Shown here piece after piece: positions 55,701 to 61,700 of a DNA stretch of 64,000 bases. A program made the translations under genes and the position numbers. Within the stretch, counting starts at the first letter, position 1; the number at the start of each line of letters is the position of its first letter. Source of the stretch: a virus; IMG/VR virus record IMGVR_UViG_3300030085_002462, one strand, 5' to 3'. The notes beneath the pieces are model-generated. The model did no database searches. It saw nothing but the letters and a program-made list of their open reading frames with translations, and was not told the origin of the DNA.

Positions 55701-58700
55701 GAAACAGAATCATTGATAATAGACAAGAAATTATTGATTTTGCTGAAGCACAGATCACAGTTGATCATCCTGGTTTCTACTATCCTGGTGCTCAACAAAC
55801 TGATCAATGGGGTAGATTCCGTGATGCATATCGTTTGATTATCAAGAATAAAGACCTCATTGTTGATTACACTTATGAATTGATGGTTGCACAATTCCCA
55901 TCATTGGTTGTGCCTAGTGCTGATAAGTGTAAGAGAGATCTTGGTAAGTTTATCGATGCTGTTGCTAGAGATACACACTCTGGTGGTAACGTCTATGGAC
56001 GTAAATTTACCATGCAATATTTTGATTCCAACAGTGGTTTGGCATACATCTCCAGTGAGATTGCTGAGACACGTTGGGCATATGAGAAAGCAAAAGATTT
56101 GATGCTTCTTGCTATTACCAACCAACTTTCTGGTAACTATGGTAGTGGCAACTTCGGTCCTGCTTATAACGAGATTTCTGTTGGTGGTAGCGGCGGCACT
56201 GGTATTACTATTGACCCTGCACCTGGCAATCCTTATGGCACTGCAGGATCTAATACTACTGCTAACGATCCTGGCAACTGCTCTGATGTCCAGTCTGCAA
56301 TTACAACTACTTGGACATATATTGATGAAACTCTTGGAGCAGGTAACATGGATGACCTGCCTGATGAAGTGCTTCCTACAGAATTCACTCTTAACCAAAC
56401 CAAGTGTCGTCGTGATATCGGAATCTTTGTTGATGCAATCGTTGAAGATCTTAAGTCCAACGGTAACTGGGGCGTCGTTAAGTTTACTAAGAAATACTTC
56501 GATGGTGCTGGTGCACCTATCTCCAACGGTCTAGTTGGCGAAGTTGCTGAATCTATCACAGCATTTAACCATGCTCGCACACTGATGTATAGTGCGATCA
56601 ACAACTTGCTGTATGGAAAGGATCTTACCATCACTGCAGATCCTGCATCTTATGGTGGTAGTGCTCCTGGTCATAAGTATGATCCTAACTATGCAAATGG
56701 CAGCAATCAGTTGCTCACTAACTGTGCAGATGTTAAGGCATCGATCGATACATTGTTGGCAGTTGCAACAACAGCAATTAGTGCTGGTAACCTTAATAAT
56801 ATTGTTGCTCTTGAGCAAGCAAATCAGGTTACTGATGGCACATACACTATCGGTGAAACGATTCGTGTTAATAAGATTGCATACCAAGAAAAAGGCGATG
56901 GTCTCTTCTTCAGAGATGACGTTATTAAGGGTATGTCTAGCAATGCATCCTTCACTGCACTCGGTGTTAACACTGGTTTCAGATGGTTGTTTGCTGGTAA
57001 TGTAACTGGATCATTCCAGTCTAGAGAGTATATTACTAACAGTCAGTTGGATGTTGGTAGTGGTGTTTCTCAGACTGTAATTAACGTTGCTGCTGGATCT
57101 AAATCACTCAAGTTTGATGGATCTTCAAACTCTTATATCAACATGCCTAACAGCTATGATTATGAGTTTGGCACTGGTGACTTTACAATCGAAGGTTGGT
57201 ATTATTTCCCTGCAACAACTGCTAGCCCACAGCAAGTCCTCTTCGACGTTGGTTATCAAACTGACTATCAGATTGTAGTTGTTTGGGATACAGTTATTAG
57301 AGCATATACTGCAACTAACGGTCAAGGCACAGATCTCTACAATACTGCTAATAAGGTAACACCTTCAGCAAATACATGGCACCACATCGCTCTTGTTAAG
57401 GGTAGTAATGTGATGACTCTGTATGTTGATGGTGTCGTTACTGGTCAGGTTGGTGATACTGGCACATATAACTATGGTCACGTCACTATCGGTGCATCTG
57501 CTGCTACTAACGCAGGTAACTTTAATGGTGGTGTCGATCACTTCATCGTTTCTAATGCTGCAAGGTATACTCAACCATTTACACCTAGCGCTGTCTACGA
57601 TTCTACTGCTGATGACGTTATTACATCCTTCAATAATGAGCATCCAATTTTGGTTGCTGATCAGGATGTTTATGCGAAGTATACTGACACTATTACAGCC
57701 AACGCAACTGCTACTTACGTTGACTACGATGATGACAGAATTACAATTCAGGAATGGGATATTGGTAGACAGGAATATAGAGATGCCGCTGATATCATCG
57801 AGAAGAATGCTGCATGGATTGCAGAAGAAGCAGTCGGTAGACTGAAACTCCGTTATCCTGATTTCGTCTTCCCTGGCGATAACCCTGCTGCAAATACTTA
57901 CGGTGGCACAAACTATTGTATTCGTGACACTAGAGACTACATCGTTCCTGCAATGGTCAAAGACCTCAGAAATGGTGGTAATTATAATGTAACTACTACT
58001 GCAAGATTCTATCTGACTAAGGGTGGAGAGCTGGAGTTTATCGGCAATGAATTGCTACAAACTCTGTATACATGGGATCAAGTTGCTGATATTGCTAAAG
58101 AAGTCGTTACTTCCACAAGTCTTGATCTTTCTGGCACATACAGCACAATTCTTCGTATTCCTAACAACTTCTCTTCTCCTGCATCTCAACCAGTCCTAGA
58201 CGAAATTCAAGCACTCTCTGATGAGATTGCTACTATTCTGTCTCCAACAGGTCACAGATATCGTGATGCTGGTGATCTCATTTGGAAGAATAAGGACTAC
58301 ATTGCAGATGAAGCAGTTGGTTATATTCAAGACAAGTATACTAAAGATATCGCTGGCACCCTCACAGACTTCCTTATCATGCCTGGTAATGGAGAGCCTA
58401 GCTGCCATCGCGATCTTTCCGACCATGTTATCCCTGCAATTATCGGTGACCTCTGCACTGGCGGTAACGCTAACACCCAGACGATCATCAGTAAGTATCT
58501 GAATAACCAAGATCAGATCCTACACGTACAGGATGAGTTGTCACCTATGCTTGATGCGTTGCATTTCTGCAACGATCTTGCACAGAAAGCAATTAATAAT
58601 CTCCTCTTGAGTCCTGGCGAAACTGCTTCTAGTTTGGGAATTGATGTTAGATATCAAGATGATTACTATGAGCCTCAGTGGACAACTAGAGATGCATTCA

Positions 58701-61700
58701 GAGGTGCTTCTACTACTATTGATAGTAAGGCATATCCTCAGGCAACTCGTGCACAGAATGATAGATTCCTCGACGCTGCAGATCTACTACAAGCCAATAA
58801 GAAACTGATCGCTCATGAAGCAGTTGCATTCATGAATGATCTTGGTAAGTATGGATCCTTCAACGTGCCTGGTGGAGCAATCAACTGTGTTGATGACGTT
58901 GTAGATATCCTCGATGCAGTAACCCATGACCTTTCTTATGACTGTAATGAAAGGACATATGATGCATCTGCACTTTACTTGCGTGAAGAAGATAATGCAC
59001 TGCTCCACGTTTCTACTGAAGCAGAAGCAACTCGCACAGTCCTAAGAGTTGCCAGAGACATGGCAATCCTAACCATGAGAAATGGTTTCGGTCGCCCCCA
59101 TGTCGATGGTAACAACCCAGATTTCAGACCTGTTGAATCCTACGAGCAAAACACTGTCCATCAAGACGTGTATGATGCTTATCATTATCTCGATTCGCAT
59201 ATCAGATGGATTGCTAATGAGTCTGTGAAGCGTATGAAGGCTAACTACCCTAACTTCACTGTTAATGGTGGTGCTGGTGCAATGTGGTGGAAGGAATTCA
59301 CTCCAACAAATGCATCATATACTGCATCAACTGGTGTGTTGACTCTCACTATTCCAGATCACAGACTTAACGTTGGTGAGTATATCAGTCTCGCTGCAAA
59401 TGGTATTACATTTACCTGCAGTATGGATAGTAATGCAACTAACCATCCATATCCACGAAATACTGATCCTGCTTACGAGAAACGTCTGCTAATCACAGAT
59501 ACAACTCCAGATACACTCACAATTAATGTCGGTGCATCTCCTTCAGGCCAGCAATACGACCACACATTTGTATCTGCTGTTACTGGTGCTGTCCGTTATG
59601 GATGGAATGATGGTGGAGAGCACTTCACTCCAACTGCTGTTAACTACACAGCAAGCACAGGTGAGATGGTCCTGACCATTCCTAACCACTCCTTCAACGT
59701 TGGTAGCAGAATGTCTATCGAGCCTCATAGCTTGGTATTCACTTGTGCTATGGATAATAACCAAAGCGAGCACGCATATCCTCGTAATGGTGATCCAGCA
59801 TATGGCACAACTCGCGCTATCACTGCTATTGGCACTTCTACTCAAGATATTACCAATGCAACTTATGATCCTGTCTCAGGTAAGATGGTTATCACAACAA
59901 GTGGCAACCATGGATTGGTAACTGGCAACAGAATTAAACTTGCTGCTAACTCCTTGACATTCACATGCACAATGGATAGCAATGGTAGTAACCATACTTA
60001 TCCTCGTGCTACAGACCCTGCAAATGAGAAGTGGTTGCTTGTCAGCCGCGAGAGTGATACAACATTCTCTTGCTATGTGGGTGTTGCTGCAAACAATAAC
60101 CAATATGCTCACACCTTTGTAAGTGCTACTGCTGGTGCACTTATCAAGCAAAATGGCACTGTTACAGTTAACGTTGGTGCATCTCCTTCTAACAATCAAT
60201 ACGCTCACACTTTCGTGAGAGCTGTCCAAGGCGGAATCATTTCTGCTGGCGCTATCGATTGTGTCCATGACGTTGCAGATCTAATCCGTGCTGTCCTCTG
60301 GAATGCTGAGAATGGCGGTGACAACTATGTTGGTTTGGCAACTGAATTCTACTTAAGTGGTCCTGCTATTATTCACGTTACTTCACAGGTAACTGAGACG
60401 CTTTACGCTATTCAGCAAGCGAAGAATATTATGATCAACATGGCGCTGGGTGCAGGTGTTGGATCTATTGTTGGTGAAGTTGCACAACCTCCAGCAAATA
60501 CATTTAACGGCACTTCAGATCAGAATACAGAAATTCAGAATCGTTTGACATATCTCTGGGATATTGTCGAAGATACAATGCAAGATCCTAATGGACAAAA
60601 TGCTTCAACGTATCCTAATTCTGCTTCTAGTAAGAATTTCCAGTGGGAATTGCCTAACTTCTGGCCAATCAAATACACAAGCGAAATCGCTGATAGAGAT
60701 CTCACCATCACCTTTGACTCCGCTAATGGTGGTCTAGGAAACAATGGTACATGGAATCAAACTTGTCCACAAGTTGCGTCTTCTATCACTACCTTGATGG
60801 AAATTGTTGATAGCACCATTGTTGGTGGTTTGACAAATACAAATTATCTTAGCGGTATTACTCGCACAACGGCATACTCCTCTAACACCAACTATCAAGA
60901 AGGTACATGTGAGAATGTCAGATCGATGATTGATAACCTCTTCGTCTTGATGACAGAATCTCTAACTGCTGACAATAGAAACTTGCGTCAGTATGCAGAC
61001 CTCATGAGATTCAATGGTCCTGCAATTTACAGACGTGCGTATGATGAGACTGTTATTTCCTATCCTCAATTCGCTACACAGATCCTAACTTACAATTCAG
61101 ATCCATATCTTCTTGGTAAGGAAATCGTTGATGCTATTCAGTATGACCTTATTACTAAGGGTAACGCTGGTGCATTTAAGTTGATCGGTGATTGGTTTGA
61201 TGGTGATGGTGCATTCATTGCATTCCCAAATATTATTAGATCTTTCCTCTTGGAATTCTTGTCCAAGATCAGAGAAATGGCCAAGTCTGTTATCTACCTC
61301 TCACAGACCGAACCTGAGTGGGCAGCATATTCAAATTACATCTATAACATTCCTATCAATACTCGCCTTGAGTGGAATCAAGAGCACGCTGAGTTTATCC
61401 TCGACTCCTCTTTGAATGTGATTCGCTATGCGATGTCAAGATCTGAATTCCCAACAGAAAACAGAGTCAACTTTGTCCCAAGCACTGACGTTGTTAATAT
61501 TAGCAATAAGTATAATCTTGGTTACGATTGGAATACTGATCCTGCACTTGTCCTTCTTACACCTACAGTCCCTGTTGGTTATGACAGAGCAGAATACAGA
61601 ATCAGAATCAACAAGCCTAACAACTTTAGAAGAGGTGACATTGTTACCTACATCCCTGCATCTCAGACATCACTACAAACTCTGAATAAACCAGAATATT

